Positions 1-14,170 of a DNA stretch of 64,000 nucleotides are shown piece after piece. Below the pieces are notes generated by a model that was given only the letters and a program-made list of their open reading frames with translations, ran no database searches and was not told the DNA's origin. The position numbers and the translations under genes are program-made. Source of the DNA: Chrysomallon squamiferum (taxonomy: Eukaryota; Animalia; Mollusca); NCBI GenBank assembly GCA_012295275.1, contig CM022679.1, forward strand, positions 3,534,001 to 3,598,000, given 5' to 3'. Numbering within the stretch: the stretch's first letter is position 1; every line of letters starts with the position of its first letter.

Positions 1-167
1 TCTAAAACAAAAAACAAAAACAAAAAATAATTGTTAATATTTATTTCTGACTGACAGTTATGTTTTATTAATTTTTTCATCTAAATTAATTATGTTAGTA
101 TAAATTAGATAAGCATTATCAGTAAAACTACGTGAAATGAAATGTCACAATAAAAGGTCATCAAACT

Positions 168-386
168 GAATTCAAAGTAACAAGTAATAGTAATTTATAA
201 TAGAATTCAAACTAACAAGTAATAGCAGATCATAATAGAATTCAAAGTAACACGTCATAGTGAATCATAATAGAATTCAAATTAACACGTGATAGCGAAT
301 CATAATAGAATTCAAATTAACATATGATAGCGAATCATAATAGAATTCAAATTAACACGTGATGGCTAATCATAATAGAATTCAAA
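168..386. repeat. 35-bp minisatellite, ~6.3 copies
   Basis: GAATTCAAA recurs at 168, 203, 238, 273, 308, 343 and 378. Unit is approximately GAATTCAAATTAACACGTGATAGCGAATCATAATA. Confidence 0.93.
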
Positions 387-621
387 GGAGATTCTCAACT
401 TCATTAGGTTAGAAGATAATTTTTTCTTTTCCAAAAACTAAAGATGCACTCTGCTAGGTGAATATATAAAAACTAATGAATCTACGTATTGGCTAGAAAA
501 TATTAGCTGGCTAAATAATCTTAGTCTGTTTCATTTGCTCTAGCAAACATCACTTCAAAATAATTTAGTTTAATGGATAACAATACAGACTGATAGAAAA
601 CATAAATATATATGGACTCAT

Positions 622-624
<3 letters not shown>

Positions 625-688
<64 letters not shown>
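625..688. repeat. (CA)n microsatellite
   Basis: Direct reading. Confidence 0.95.
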
Positions 689-692
<4 letters not shown>

Positions 693-1087
693 ACATACAT
701 ACAAAATTCTGTTCTAACCATGTAGATATAAAATTAATCTAGCAATTGTCCATCAAGTAATTAATACATATGAAGACCTTAGTGCAAGAACCTGGCATTC
801 CATAGTTTAGATATTTTGATGTGGTATTATTTACCGTTATACGTGATAAAGCACTTCGGGTTTATTAAAGGAAACACTTCGTTGTGACAATAATATTAAA
901 GAACTAGAAAGTATATAAAAATCATTTCTCGATAATATCAGTTTGGTTGAGAGCAAGAACCCGACAAGCAGGATTTCAGTTGCAAAAGAACTTATTTAGC
1001 TGCTAAAAAAAACTCGATACTACTGAAATTTTTGGAAAAATACACAAAAGATGAAGAAACTGAAAACAAATACAAAACATTGTTAAT

Positions 1088-4000
1088 TTATTTAATGGTT
1101 AATTTATTACAACCGGAAACATTCCAGGCATAGTCACATTTCGCGGTCAAGGGATTGAAGACTACACTGGAACCTCGACAACGTTGAATAAACGTGATAT
1201 GGTGCTGGCATACGATGTACTTTGAGCAGTCGCCTGGATAAGGATAATATCCTCCTGCTCTGCTCCAACAGAGAATATCCTTACCTTCAATACAGAAATT
1301 ACACAAAGGAATTCAAAGACGATAACAGAATACATTTTAATACGTGTTAATAAATAAATGAATAAGAAATTACTTTTGATACAGTATATCACAGATACGA
1401 CATTTGCAGTTTTAAAATAAGAAAATGGAACGTTATCTTCATACATGATACACTGTGTTGGATGATTACGTTTGACAGACGAATGCTACTCACACTCCAC
1501 GTATTCACGCCAAGTACAGATTTTTCTCGTTGGATGGAAAGCTCGACCCATACCACAACTCTTTACAAAGCCTTCTCCATTCTGACAAAGTATATACTTC
1601 GAGCAGTCATCAGGATAGGGATATTTTACTAGCTTGTTCGAGGTGCATATATCTTTACCTGTAGTGAAACGAAAACTGCGTGTACATATGTATAGATATA
1701 TAAGTGTGTGTTAGTATGTATCTTTGCATGTATGAATGTATGTATGTATGTATGCACGTGTATGTGTGTGTGTACATAAGTGCAGTATATGTGTGTTTAG
1801 GTATTATGTTTGAATGTATTTTTTAATGTATTCATCCACGTATGTGTGCATGGTGCATGCCTGTTTAATGTGCACATTCAAATAATACTCATAATTTTGG
1901 TTTTGACTAAGTTAGTTAATGCAAATGTTAGCCGAGAAATAATGATTTAAAAAGTAAATTAGAATAATTGAGAAACGTGTAAAAAATGAGAACGTTTCAG
2001 TGAATAATGAACTTGCACAAGGGACTGAGCTTTTCAGTGTAATGTTTTCTTATAACTAATAAGAATGGGACATCAAAGGAGCACTAACTAATTTTCAGAC
2101 TGAATTAACAGTTTAGAAAAGTATCGTATTAAATGGGTGTACGGACTATTTATTGCTCACTGGTTAATTTCTCACCAGTAAAGTGATAAATAGGACAATT
2201 GCTCACCACAGCTGCTGATTGGATTTTATCAATAAACCTTTATTTTGTGTTAGGGTATGTATGTACAAATGGTTTGGGTGAGAGTGGGAATCTCTGAAAA
2301 AAGAAAATTTAAATATAATATTTTTTGTTAATAAAATAATGAATAAAATAACCCCCCATTTCTCACTTTATTGGTAAGCAATTGCCCTACATTTTATTAA
2401 ATATATGAAGCCTCTTTTATTATGTCAAAAAATAGTGAGGCACAATTGAGACCCAATATAAAAATTGTTTATTTATTTATTTATTTTTTTTACATATAGA
2501 GTCTGTCCATGCTTAGCACAATGAAAACAATAAAGGAAACCGAGAATCTTAATTAGGCACTCTTTATGCAGTTTTGCTTGAGAATAATATAAGCTGTTGA
2601 CATGCAAAAGTATCACAAAACAGTCAGTACTGAAAAATGGGATATATCTTAAAATGAGAAATATCTTAATAAAGATTACATGCACCTAAACCGGATATTG
2701 TTACTGTATTATAGCAAAATGCTGAACTACTTATTATGTAACAATCATTAGTTTGGGGGTAGAATTTCATTATTTATTCACATATTCCGTAAAGTATTAT
2801 TGAAAGTATACTATACTGAAACAATAAAATTACGATCAAATAAGTAAGTTATTGAGAGAAATTAATGATAAACATAATAAGCCTCACTGAAATAGCAATT
2901 TAGACCTAAATATCTGTATGTGTATTCTTTATTTTTATGCATCGTTTATTTTCTTTGGAACAATGCTACTGAACATTTCTCATTTGCTGCTGTACCACCT
3001 CCTGAACAGTAATAAAGTTCCGTTCTTTGTTAAGTTCAGTCATAAAAAATGCCAGTTCTTTATGCAGTTCATTGCAATATTATGATAAGTTTTCAGATAC
3101 ATTTTCACTGAATGTTTCTAATAAAAGTTCCCATTGTAATGTCAATTAAATACACTATTTATAGAGAAATACGCACACATAAACACAGGTATATGTTTTT
3201 CTCAGTATGATCATTCTTCATTAAAATTATATAAATTATTACCGCTGTTTCATAAATTTAATTGTCTAACCTTGAAAATTTCACAGACAATAGCAGTCAT
3301 GACAACAGTAATAATTATTATAACATCAGCAACAAGGGCTAGTAGTAGTAGTAGTAGCAGCAGTAGTAGTAGTAGTAGTAATAAATAAATAAATAAATAA
3401 ATAAATATATAAATAAATAAATAAATAAATAAATATATAAATAAATAAATAAATAAATAAAATTAAATCAAATTAAAATAAATAAAATAAATAAAATAAA
3501 TAAAATAAATAAAATAAATAAAATAAATAAATAAAATTAAATTAAAATAAACAAATAAATTATTACAATAATAAATATGAATTAACGGCTTCCACATATA
3601 TTTCTGAATATTTCCTGTGTGATATAACAGGTGTCTCTGTTGACAAACTAACAGGTTAAAGACAATATATATATATTTACACAACATACACACACACACA
3701 CACAAAGAAATATTTACATTTCGTCTTGTTTCTGTTTTCTTCGCATTTAAGTGTTACGTTAGAGAAAAATCCTTTATTTCTGCAGTGTCGTATCAGAGTT
3801 CTCCCTTGTCTGCACATGTAGTACTTACTGCAGTTGGCTGGGTAAGAAAAATACCCCTCTTTGCGAATCGCTTGGCAGTAGTAGTCCTCTGCAACCAGTT
3901 GAACAATGCAATAGAACAACATTCATTAAACTGTAGGATTACTGTAGGATTGAATATATACATTAAAGTTACACGCGTGTGTATTTTAATCAGCATAGAT

Positions 4001-4849
4001 TCATAAACTGATTCATAAACTGGCACACGAGCAGAATAATAAGTAAGTTACAGTGTGTGTCCTCCTTCAGATTTAGTTTCATTTATTTCTTCATAGGGAT
4101 ATGTTTAATTAGGAATAATAAAATACAGACACAAACTCATAGATACGCCCTGCAGACACTCGCACACAGAACACGCACACACACACACACACACACGCAC
4201 GCACACACACACACTCACACATAACCCTCGATTTAATGGACTTTGCTTCAGCAAATAACGCTTGAGTTCTGTCGCGCCAAGTATGGGCTACATCTATGAA
4301 CTAAAAATTTCTAATTAATAATTTTTATCAGTATAAATATATAAAAACCTAGATACATACATACATACATACATATATACATACATTTATACATAATAGT
4401 ATATAACATACACACAAATCGTCTGTTAGCAGCCGTCATTTCTCCCAGCGATTCTTTACAATTTCGAAAAGGAAAGATGTCGCTCATGATAAATAGCCTT
4501 CTATGAACTGTAAATGTTTTGTTTTAATATTCATCATCAAACACAAAGAGTTCTTTAAATATTTCATATTATTGTATTAATATTGGTAAAATTACTTTGA
4601 TTTAATATTTAATTATTACTGTTTGCAGTTTAACTAATTCATGTTTGTCCATTAAATCGAGGCTCTACTGTATGTATAAATAGAGGTAGTCGTCAGTTAC
4701 ACAAGTGTAATACGCACAGATATATATATATATATGTATATGTATGTATGTATGTATACCTTTAAGTGGTAAACAGTCTTCATCGAGAACTTTCTTTAAT
4801 CTTGGTGCAGGCATGGTAATTCGCTTCAGTTTTGGTATGAAGGGTTGTC

Positions 4850-4906
<57 letters not shown>

Positions 4907-6529
4907 GTGATGATAACGATGATTATGATGGTGTTAACCAAACATTTTCGAGTTATGGATAATCACACGTTTTTTTCAGCAGTCTGAAAACCTTTGTTAA
5001 AATAGTTGTATTATAGCATGTGATATAATGAACTTCATCAACAGTTACCAAAAAAACAAATTGTTAAACAAAAAATATATGTGCTATAACACTAAAAATT
5101 TTGAAAAACGTGGCACGACATAAAGTAATTCGTGTTTAATGACACAGACATTTAACACTGATAGAGGTAGCTGAAGCTGTTAAGAAAGAAAGATTTCAAG
5201 ATTTTTAGAACTTTTGATAAAAAATAGAGAAGAAAAACACATATACTTTCTTGGCCAGACACAAGCTCCCCTTCCTTTCATCTCATAAGTAACTGCATTA
5301 AGAAGAGGATACTGTCCTCTTCGACAGAAATAGCCGCCGAAGTCGTCACCAGCAAGGGAATAAAACAGAAAGTTATAATATCCCATTTTTCTAAGAACGC
5401 AGATCTAGCAATAAAAAGAAATAAATAGATAAGTAAATAAATAAATAAAATAAAATAATAATAATAATAATAAATAGTAAAAAGAAAAAAACAACAACAC
5501 AGAAGCAGACAAAGATTAAAAAAAAAAAAAAGTAACTAATAAAACCAGAGTAAAAAAGCGCACTATCAAAATTATGTAAACAAACTAGAAATAGTACATT
5601 AATAATAAACGAAGAAATAAAAAAAAATATATAAAAAATATAAACAAACAAACAACCAAACAAACAAATAAATAAATAAATAAATAAATTACAAACTTAC
5701 TTTGTACCTAAATGTTTTTTCACTATCAAAGGCAACCCACTCTTTATCATTCACCAAGTAATATGACACCGTTGATGGGCGGTAAAACAATTTGGCTTTA
5801 AGTCTCCTCAAATAACAAATCTAGTGACAAAACAATTGTAACATTATTAATAAGTCATATAATTACTGAAAGGCAGAACTGGGCGTTTCAGAGACTTGTT
5901 TCATTTAATATTAAATCAAATTATGTTGAGTAAATTCCACAACAACAACAACAACAACAACAACAATAATAATAATAATAAGAAGAAGAAGAAGAAGAAG
6001 AAAAAGAAGAAGAAGAAGAAGGAAATCTATCTTTCAGTTAATACAAAACGTAAAAATAAAATAATTATCCCACAAAATAATAATAACAACAACAACAACA
6101 ACAACAACAACAATAATAATAATAATAATAATTAATCTTATTATAAATAAATATATAAATAAAGAAATAATTGAGAAAGAAAGAAAAAGGATAAGACGAT
6201 AAACTTATATTTATCTCACTTCATAAAACGTATGCACTCCCTTTTCTAGATAGTATAAACCAGCCGGTCCGGGACCTACTGTGTTCGATCCCGGATCATA
6301 TTTGTCTGGGCTAGAAAGTGTATAAGACGGAAACAAGGTAGATAAACCAACATTAATTTTATTTTTCGGACAACCCATGACTTTCAAAACCATTAATGTT
6401 CGTTTCTGCAATGGATGAGAAAATGATGCCTTATTAAAACAAAACCTAACCTAAAGAAATACAATGCGTTGTTATGAGTTTACCATTTGAAGCAATTCAT
6501 TGATCGTTAAAGATATATATATATATATA

Positions 6530-6572
<43 letters not shown>

Positions 6573-6651
6573 TATTAAATTACGCACAATGATGTATGGA
6601 AAAGTAAAAACGTTAACGAAAACTTGAATGTAATAACAATAATAATAATAA

Positions 6652-6682
<31 letters not shown>

Positions 6683-6855
6683 AAGAAGAAGAAGAAGAAG
6701 AAGAAGAAGAAGAAAGAAAGAAAGAAAGAGAAGCGTAATATTTATAGTTTCAGATTTCATAACCAGTGGACTAGCACTTTAAACTATAGTGTTAGGCCTC
6801 ATCAGATTAATATCAACAACAAGAGCAGCAACAGCAGCAGCTACAACAACAATAA

Positions 6856-6915
<60 letters not shown>

Positions 6916-7023
6916 TGGTATATCTTTACCATAGTTTAAATAATAGTTTGGAACTGAAACAAATCCATAAATCTTTAATAAAGGTTATAATAAAATTTAC
7001 AAAAGTAAGAGAAAACAAACAAA

Positions 7024-7056
<33 letters not shown>

Positions 7057-9114
7057 AACAAGAAAAGAAAACCCTCACAATTTCATGGAATGAATTGGCA
7101 AATCCGACCACGCCTTTCGTATGGTCATGATAATCAAAGGAAAACACATTAACAAAATCCACAGTCCTGAAAAAAAAAAAAAAAAAAAAAAAACATTAAT
7201 CACGAGTTGAAGCAGAATTTTTTGTCTGACTTTTGAATGATATGTTATTAGCACAAGAAATGAAATACTGTCAAATGTCATTTAAAAAAAAAAAACTACA
7301 AAAACGTGTGTGGGTTAGCAATTTAATGTCATTATCACAATGCGAAGAAGAGATGAGCTATCATTCGACAGAAAGCCGTACGTCTGAGTTTAATTGAAAT
7401 TTGTGGTCAAAAGTCTGGCTACCGAATTTGAGGAAAACGTGGATTAAAAATCAAATGTACGAGCTTAACGTAATACAAACACATTAGATTTACGAGTATG
7501 TTACAGAAGATGTTTTGATGTACGACAGCAGTTTATTATGTCTTCTAGCATGGTTTTTGTGTCCTTTTTCTAACTAACGAGGTGTATTTCCTTATTTCGT
7601 TGAATATCGGTCAGTGTCGTAGCTTTACTCTTTAAAATCACACTCAGATGTGATAGTAAATGATGTAATCTGAGGGAATCAGTAACACAGAAGCTCTAAC
7701 ATTTTAAATTTGAATCAACCTCATAACGTCATGTAAAATTTAAAAACACTATTATTTTAAAGATGGTTCCTAAAATTTTGTTTGACTAGCAAATATTACG
7801 CAGTCACGGAACTTTGACTAACCTGCATATAGCTGGAACATGGAAACTTTGTTGTAACTGTATATGTGTTTTTGCCAAACGAACTGACAGTAACAGTCTT
7901 TCGTTTCCAGTACGTTCAGATTCTGACCGAAAACTCTCCATCAACGTCTAAATTGAAAACGTAAATGATAATATTAAAAAAAAAAAAATGAAAAAAAAAA
8001 AAAAAAAAAATAATAATAATGATAATAATAAAGCAAAACTATTAGTGTGTGTTTTTATGTGTGTGTGTGTGTGTGTGTGTCTGTATATATGAGTATATAC
8101 ATTTTAAAAAAACGCTTTACTGGAAAGAAAAGTGCAAAAAAAAATATGTAAAGCCTTCTGAAAATACATGTTCTTTATGTGAGCAGATCATTTCTGTTTT
8201 CTAACTGCTTGTTTGGCTATATTTTTTATTTCACAAAACCACTACATCAATTATTCTGTCGGTGGAAATCTTGACAAATATAAACAGTTTTAGTTAAGAC
8301 AGTTTTGTATGATCGCTTTTTGAAAATATACGCCACACAGCTCCTAAGAGTTCGTAAACCAAGGCCAATTCTGGTTTGAAAAATCCAATTTAATTTCGTA
8401 CGACATTAATTGTACTAATGTCAATATTTATTTCCTGTAACATAGCAAAAACTCCAAAAAAAAAATAAAGTGAAATTCTAATTAAGGTTAATTTTAAAAT
8501 AAAAGTTAAAGAAGAAGAAGCAAAAGAAAAAGAAGTAGAAAAAGAAGTGAACAAATTATTTTTAATATCATTCTTGCTAAAACCTAATCTACTAGAATTC
8601 AATATTAGATTTAATTTCGAGAGATTAAAATAAGCCCGAGATTCATAAATTTGGATATTTTAACTGCAACTTATTTCGTATGGTGAAAATTTAGTTGTTT
8701 TAAGATTTTGAGTTGAAAAGAGAAAAATATAAGTGGGAATGTTTCATAAGGTATTTCCTCAGTAACTTAATGTTTCGAAATTCATCATAAAATGTAACAG
8801 AAAACATTTATTTTTACCGTCAGGAAAGTTTTATAGCTGTCTTTTTCTGTGGATTTAGGAAAAATCCAGTGAACGTCCAGCCCCTTGAAGGCGTTAGTTC
8901 GCAGAAATTCAGCAGTTTGCTCAGCAAAGACATTTATTTTACTCGGGGTCATGGCCATAACTTCAAAAAGTCTGTTATTCATCATTTCACCTCCCAAAGC
9001 CAGCATTGTTTTAACTTGTGGGTACGCTTTCATTTGCATCCGAAAGCGTTTGTACCTAGAAAAACAACAAAAACAACAACACAATAACAAATAAAGAAAT
9101 AAATGAATAAATAA

Positions 9115-9152
<38 letters not shown>

Positions 9153-11742
9153 AAGAAGAACGAAACAAAAATAAATAAAAAATAAAATGAACATGCCATT
9201 CAATCGTAGATCTAAAGCTCAACTATTGCAAACACAAGCACATTTTTGACAAATCTACTTTCGAAATTTCAGTTTTAAAAATAACTGTTATAATAGATAA
9301 TTACATACATAATCCCTATATAAAAAATTAGCACTTCCTGTATATTAATTTTAAGCACGATGGCATATTATGGATGTCATTATTCGTTTCTTTTTATGTT
9401 CTGCGGGTATCAAAAATACGAATATACTGAAAGATATAAGAAAAACATTTCTTATGTAATACCGATAATGGAAATATCACGTAATGAAAATTAATTAAAC
9501 AAGATGTGATGACTCAAACAAATTCAAAATTTTGACATAAAACTTTATAGCAGAGATTCAGAGCTATGCTGTTCGATATAACAAAACATGATGGAAAGAC
9601 ATTTTTTTTTTTTTTTTCATACGTTAGTGAATATTTTAATTTTATTTTATTCAGAAAAAGATTAGGGTCAAAAGCCTTGATCAAATTTAGCATTTTGTGA
9701 TCTAAAGTTATCAAATTATATCTATATATTGTAAAACTACTACCCATAGAATGAAAAATAATTCTTAAGATCAGAAGTAATCTATATCTATGGCTATCTT
9801 TCTAAATATACGGCTATCTGTACGCAAAATAACACTGAACCTGTAATATGAAACTGAGGGAGAGAAAGATTAAGTGAGAAACAGAGAGCGAATTGGTGAA
9901 ATTCACACAAACACACACACCCCTAACCACATATAAAATTACTTATACTTAGTATTATTTAATTTCTTATTATTGTTGTTGCTGAAGCATTTCTTACATT
10001 CCCAACCACTGCAGTGCATCGTCATCATTGCGATCAGACGAGTCTATTTCAACTGCAGAACAAAATACAATTATTTATTATCCATAAGCATTCGTAGAAC
10101 AATGTCACTCAGTACATGCAGTGACATTTTTGTTGAATTGCCAGACAACAAATTTCAGTTTCAATAGCATATATTAGACATAATTATAACAGACGAAATA
10201 AAAGTAATGAATCATACAACCCAGGTTTCAGCTAAACTGAAAGGTTACGGATTCTGGGTTTTGTTGGTCGGAATAAAAACTGACCTATATCTTCCGCGGA
10301 GTTATATTCAAGGGCAGCGTAGGCGTATACGATGTGCGTGCACAGGTCCGCTCGAATATCCTCTGGTACAAATTTGCCCTGGTACGCTGCATACTGATCC
10401 GTGTTTCTATAGTAACAAAGGAGTCGACCAACTGCTATAAAATAAAATGAAAGGTAAATAATACTGATAACGAAATAAAATTTGGGATGGAATAATTTTT
10501 TTCAAAAGGATATATATATTGTTGCGCGTAGATTTCAGACATTGCGCACTTCTTAAAAAAGACGTTAATTATAAGTCATTAACTTTAGATCACCAACTCA
10601 TAATTAATACTTTGTTAATTAAGATGTCCCTTAAATTCTTTACTTTTGCTTTTATTATTTTTTTTTTAAAGTGTCTGCGGTGAGTTTACAAAGTTATTCA
10701 ACTCTTTTTTTTTTCAAAATAAACAAAGTGCTGGATAAATTTGTCTGAAGTGCAATTTACTTTTTACTTCTTTCTGAAATGAAGGAAATGATCGAGAATG
10801 TTACTCCAAAAAATCACTAAGATACAGAATGGAAAAAGAACCCATGAAATATCCTATATCCTTTGCTAAGGTTTCGTTTCGTCCTTATTTCCATTTTTAT
10901 TATTTAATAATTAAAAGTATAAGACATGCTAAAGGCTATTCTGTCCCCTCATTACAGTTATCTAAACTAAAGCAAATTGTAGAGTAACCAGCTTAACAAC
11001 TGTGGTGTACTTTGATACAGATGTGCTAGAAGTACTGCAAAATAATTAGGCATAAATTACTAGCTAAAGTACACGACGATGCAAACGTGTTCTTTCTCCC
11101 ACTAAATATTTCATAACTTAAAGAAATTTAGACATTTAAATTTTTCCACTTGGTCTAATTTCACTTCTGAAATGTTCTCCTATAATTCTCAACGAATTAG
11201 TTTTCCAAATTATCCAAATAACTTAACGAACTATACACAATTTTCATTCGATCTGATGTATAAATTAATCCCCAATAAAATATTTTATAAGAGGTGAGAG
11301 GTCCATTTACGAAAAGGCAAATCCTCTATGCTAAGCAAATGTATTACCACTTTCGGGTGACACCCAACCCTTTTTTTATGGCCAGACTGAAATAAAAATG
11401 TATTACCATTTTTCAGTTAACTACAGTTAGGTGATCTGGATAGAAAAAAAAAAAAAAAAAAAAAAAAAAAATTCTATAATTTTCAATTTTCAGTTTTTAT
11501 AAAAATGTATATGTCTGCTATCTGTATGTCTTCCTTTCCTTCATCCTGTCTGTTTTTCTGCTTCTTTCGTTCCTCTGCTACCCATATGTCTGTCTTTGTA
11601 CTGGTATACATAATACAAAAAACAGAACACTTAAATTCTTACCGTGACTATAACGTGATCCTGTGAGAAAAAGCAACGTAATGACTGTCAGTTTTGCACA
11701 GGCTAAGAAATTAGGATTGTCATAAAGCCATATTAATTTCAT
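1088..11742 (-). CDS. Secreted GH18 chitinase-like protein (catalytically inactive motif) with three C-terminal CBM14/ChtBD2 domains, 13 coding exons, ~613 aa
   Basis: Hand-spliced GT-AG exons with matching phases: 11643-11742 (MKLIWLYDNPNFLACAKLTVITLLFLTGSRYSH, signal-like), 10285-10434 ([26 protein letters not shown]), 9998-10052, 8818-9055 (KTMLALGG..FKGLDVHWIFP), 7823-7947 (ERLLLSV), 7079-7166 (VDFVNVFSFDYH), 6220-6405 (GCPKNKINVG..GPGPAGLY..TFYE), 5701-5820 (ICY..EWVAFDS), 5247-5404 (DDFGGYFCRRGQYPLLNAV), 4760-4848 (linker), then 3718-3888, 1494-1658 and 1088-1284 (one Cys-rich CBM14 each). Sum 1842 nt, open to TAA. Confidence 0.92.
2130..2455. mobile_element. Possible degenerate MITE / fold-back element in a GH18 #1 intron
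   Basis: TAGGACAATTGCTCACCA (~2191-2208) is the near-inverted copy of TGGTAAGCAATTGCCCTA (~2372-2389). Weaker inverted similarity at the outer ends (GGGT..ACTATTT / AAATAGT..ACCC). Confidence 0.35.
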
Positions 11743-12429
11743 GATGCAAGTCCAGAATCTACAAGGTAGACATAAATCTGATTATAGACGTACTATATCA
11801 ATCAAGTAATTATTCTTTAGTTTTTTTTATTTTTTGTTTTTTCGCTTTCAATCATTTTCTTACTGATCACGTAAAACATTTTACCATGATGCAATATTGT
11901 TATCTAAGAAGATTGTTGACACTCGATTTCATGGACTGATAGGGGAGCACTTGTCCGAAAAATGCAAAAGAATAGGAAAACTCGGATGTAAAACATTAAC
12001 CCTAAAATATACCGAAACACAGAACACAACAGCTACATAATACAATAATATAAAATATTAGAACAATACACAGGCATAAAAACAACTTAAACAAATGTAA
12101 TGCACTGTGTGTGTAAAGTCAAATGTAGCGTAGACAAACGCAGGTGATGTTTGTTGTGTTAGAATGGTTACGGGTGGAGGTGTAAAATTTTCAGTTTATC
12201 TTGAAGGAAAGTGGTTGAGCGACGGTTGCTCTGATCGTACAGTGGGAATCAGAATAATAATAGTTCCTAGAAGTCTGGTTTCAAGTGGGAAATGGCGGTA
12301 AGTTCAAATTTTGTGATTTCCCCAAAGTTCATGAAAACGAGGATCAACACAACAGTGGATTATGTTACGAAATTATAGTTATCTTTAAAAAAATAATAAT
12401 AATAGTGTTAAAGATTATAGATAATTAAG

Positions 12430-12684
12430 GGCCAGTTGTTTAATGCGCGGACACTTAGTTCAGTTCCCACTGGCAGGAAACGACTTATCACTTTGAATTG
12501 GTGTTTACGATGTCGGATAACAGCCTCTGGGTATATGAAATACGATTAATCGAGCAGCTTGACCACAAATCAGGTTAGGACTGTAACGCCTACGGGTGAA
12601 GCGTATACAAGATTTTAAATAATTTGGAAAAATAAAATGTTTGTGTCCATACTGACGTGGAGAAAAAGGCGTATCGGTTTAAAT

Positions 12685-12736
<52 letters not shown>
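12430..12736 (+). mobile_element. Possible degenerate SINE-like retroposon
   Basis: ~260 bp GC-richer block ending in GTCCATACTGACGTGGAGAAAAAGGCGTATCGGTTTAAA plus an (AAAT)n tail. Family not identified. Confidence 0.3.
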
Positions 12737-12739
<3 letters not shown>

Positions 12740-13454
12740 TGACAAGATGTTTCAATTAACTTTCTGCTAAAAAAATTAGTTTCAGAAAAGCTGATTTTTG
12801 ATCATTGCTTATTTAAAGTTTTTCTTTTTGTTATTGTTTTTATTTGGCAAGAGGGTTGGAAAATAAATAAATAATAAAAAAATAAAATTAAAAACAAAAC
12901 AACTAAATTACTATTTATACAAATAAATAAAGTGAACACAAATGAAAGAGTTTTATATTTAGTAAAATGTAATTAAATTTCTCTATGTTGGATGATTTGT
13001 GACTTGATGGATTTTATTTTAGTTTTAAGTTTCAGGATATAGATCATACAGGTGATAATTTATACCGCAGTATCGCCATCTGGGCAATTCGCTGTGTTCA
13101 TCTTACTCCATTATTTTTTATTTAATACTAATAATAACATATAAAACATAGTCACCTATTAGTAATTAATCTATTTTTGTATCCTATGTTCATAAGTGAA
13201 AAAGAAATAATAATATATGCAGATATAACATTAATTAAAAAACGATAAGATATTTTTGATGGAGGTATCTATGTATATGCATGTATCGATGTGTATGTTT
13301 ATGAATATGCATATACATACATATTTTTACACACACACACATATATATATATACATATGTATATATATATATATCAATAATTCTCGAGATTTCCTCTTTC
13401 GTGAGATCATTATAAAAATATATTTTTAAGCCTAAATAAACTGAAAACATAGAA

Positions 13455-13910
13455 TCATTTATTCATTCAAGGCAGAAATGTACGCATTTGTGTCGGTTTA
13501 GGAGTTGTTCAGATAAAACAAACATTAGCAGAAGAAAAAAATTATTCAGAAACAAAACGTTTAATTAAATTAATAAAAATTAAAATGAAGCACTTTCTGA
13601 AATAAATATTTCATTCATTAACGAAAATATTTAAGAAAAATCTCTTTCATTCGTTCATTCGAGGAGGAAATGTATGATTTTTGTGTCGGATTACGAGCTC
13701 TATAGCTCAGGAAAAACAAATTATTATTGGGAAAGCAAAACGTTTAATTAAATTAATAAAAATATTGAAACTATTTTTTTCTCAAATAAATATTTCATTG
13801 AAAACAGACGTATATGACTTTGTGTCGGTTTACGAACTCTGTAGTACATGAAAAAATAATTATTATTATTCAGAAAGCAAAAAAGTTTAATTAAATGAAT
13901 AAAATATTGT
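13455..13910. repeat. Diverged tandem triplication (~130-190 bp units)
   Basis: TTTGTGTCGG(T/A)TTA at ~13487, 13680 and 13818, each followed by AAAA(C/A)GTTTAATTAAAT(T/G)AATAAAA. Confidence 0.8.
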
Positions 13911-14048
13911 AAAGGTAAAAAAAAAAAAAAAAAGAAAGAAAGAAATATATTTAGGGGATCAAACCATAAATTTGAATCTATTTCTTTCTACATGCGAGAC
14001 ATATTTATATAACAGTTTTATTTCTCAATAAAAAATGTTTCTGCTTAC

Positions 14049-14170
14049 CTTTATAAAATGTGCACCAGCCGTTTGGATATTTTCATATGTGCTTAGAAAA
14101 AACAAATTCAGTGTATTTACATATTTTCATTTATCTGTATTGTAACGCCAGTCCCACAAACACCAATGGA
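14049..14170 (-). other. Possible non-coding 5' UTR exon of GH18 gene #1
   Basis: Strong donor AAG|GTAAGC at 14049/14048 on the minus strand. The ATG exon has an upstream acceptor (ttgtag, ~11760). The 5' boundary is a guess. Confidence 0.3.

Noticed and set aside
168-386. CRISPR-like regular repeat (CATAATAGAATTCAAA every 35 bp)
   Set aside because: The intervening segments are mutated copies of each other, not unique spacers; eukaryotic context and no cas genes. It is a minisatellite.
2945-3001. Possible alternative terminal exon of GH18 #1 (ttcag|GAGGTGG..)
   Set aside because: Only an acceptor-like site and a short frame; no domain similarity or other support.
12000-12310. Possible decayed LINE 3' end
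   Set aside because: No recognisable reverse transcriptase motif or sustained ORF.
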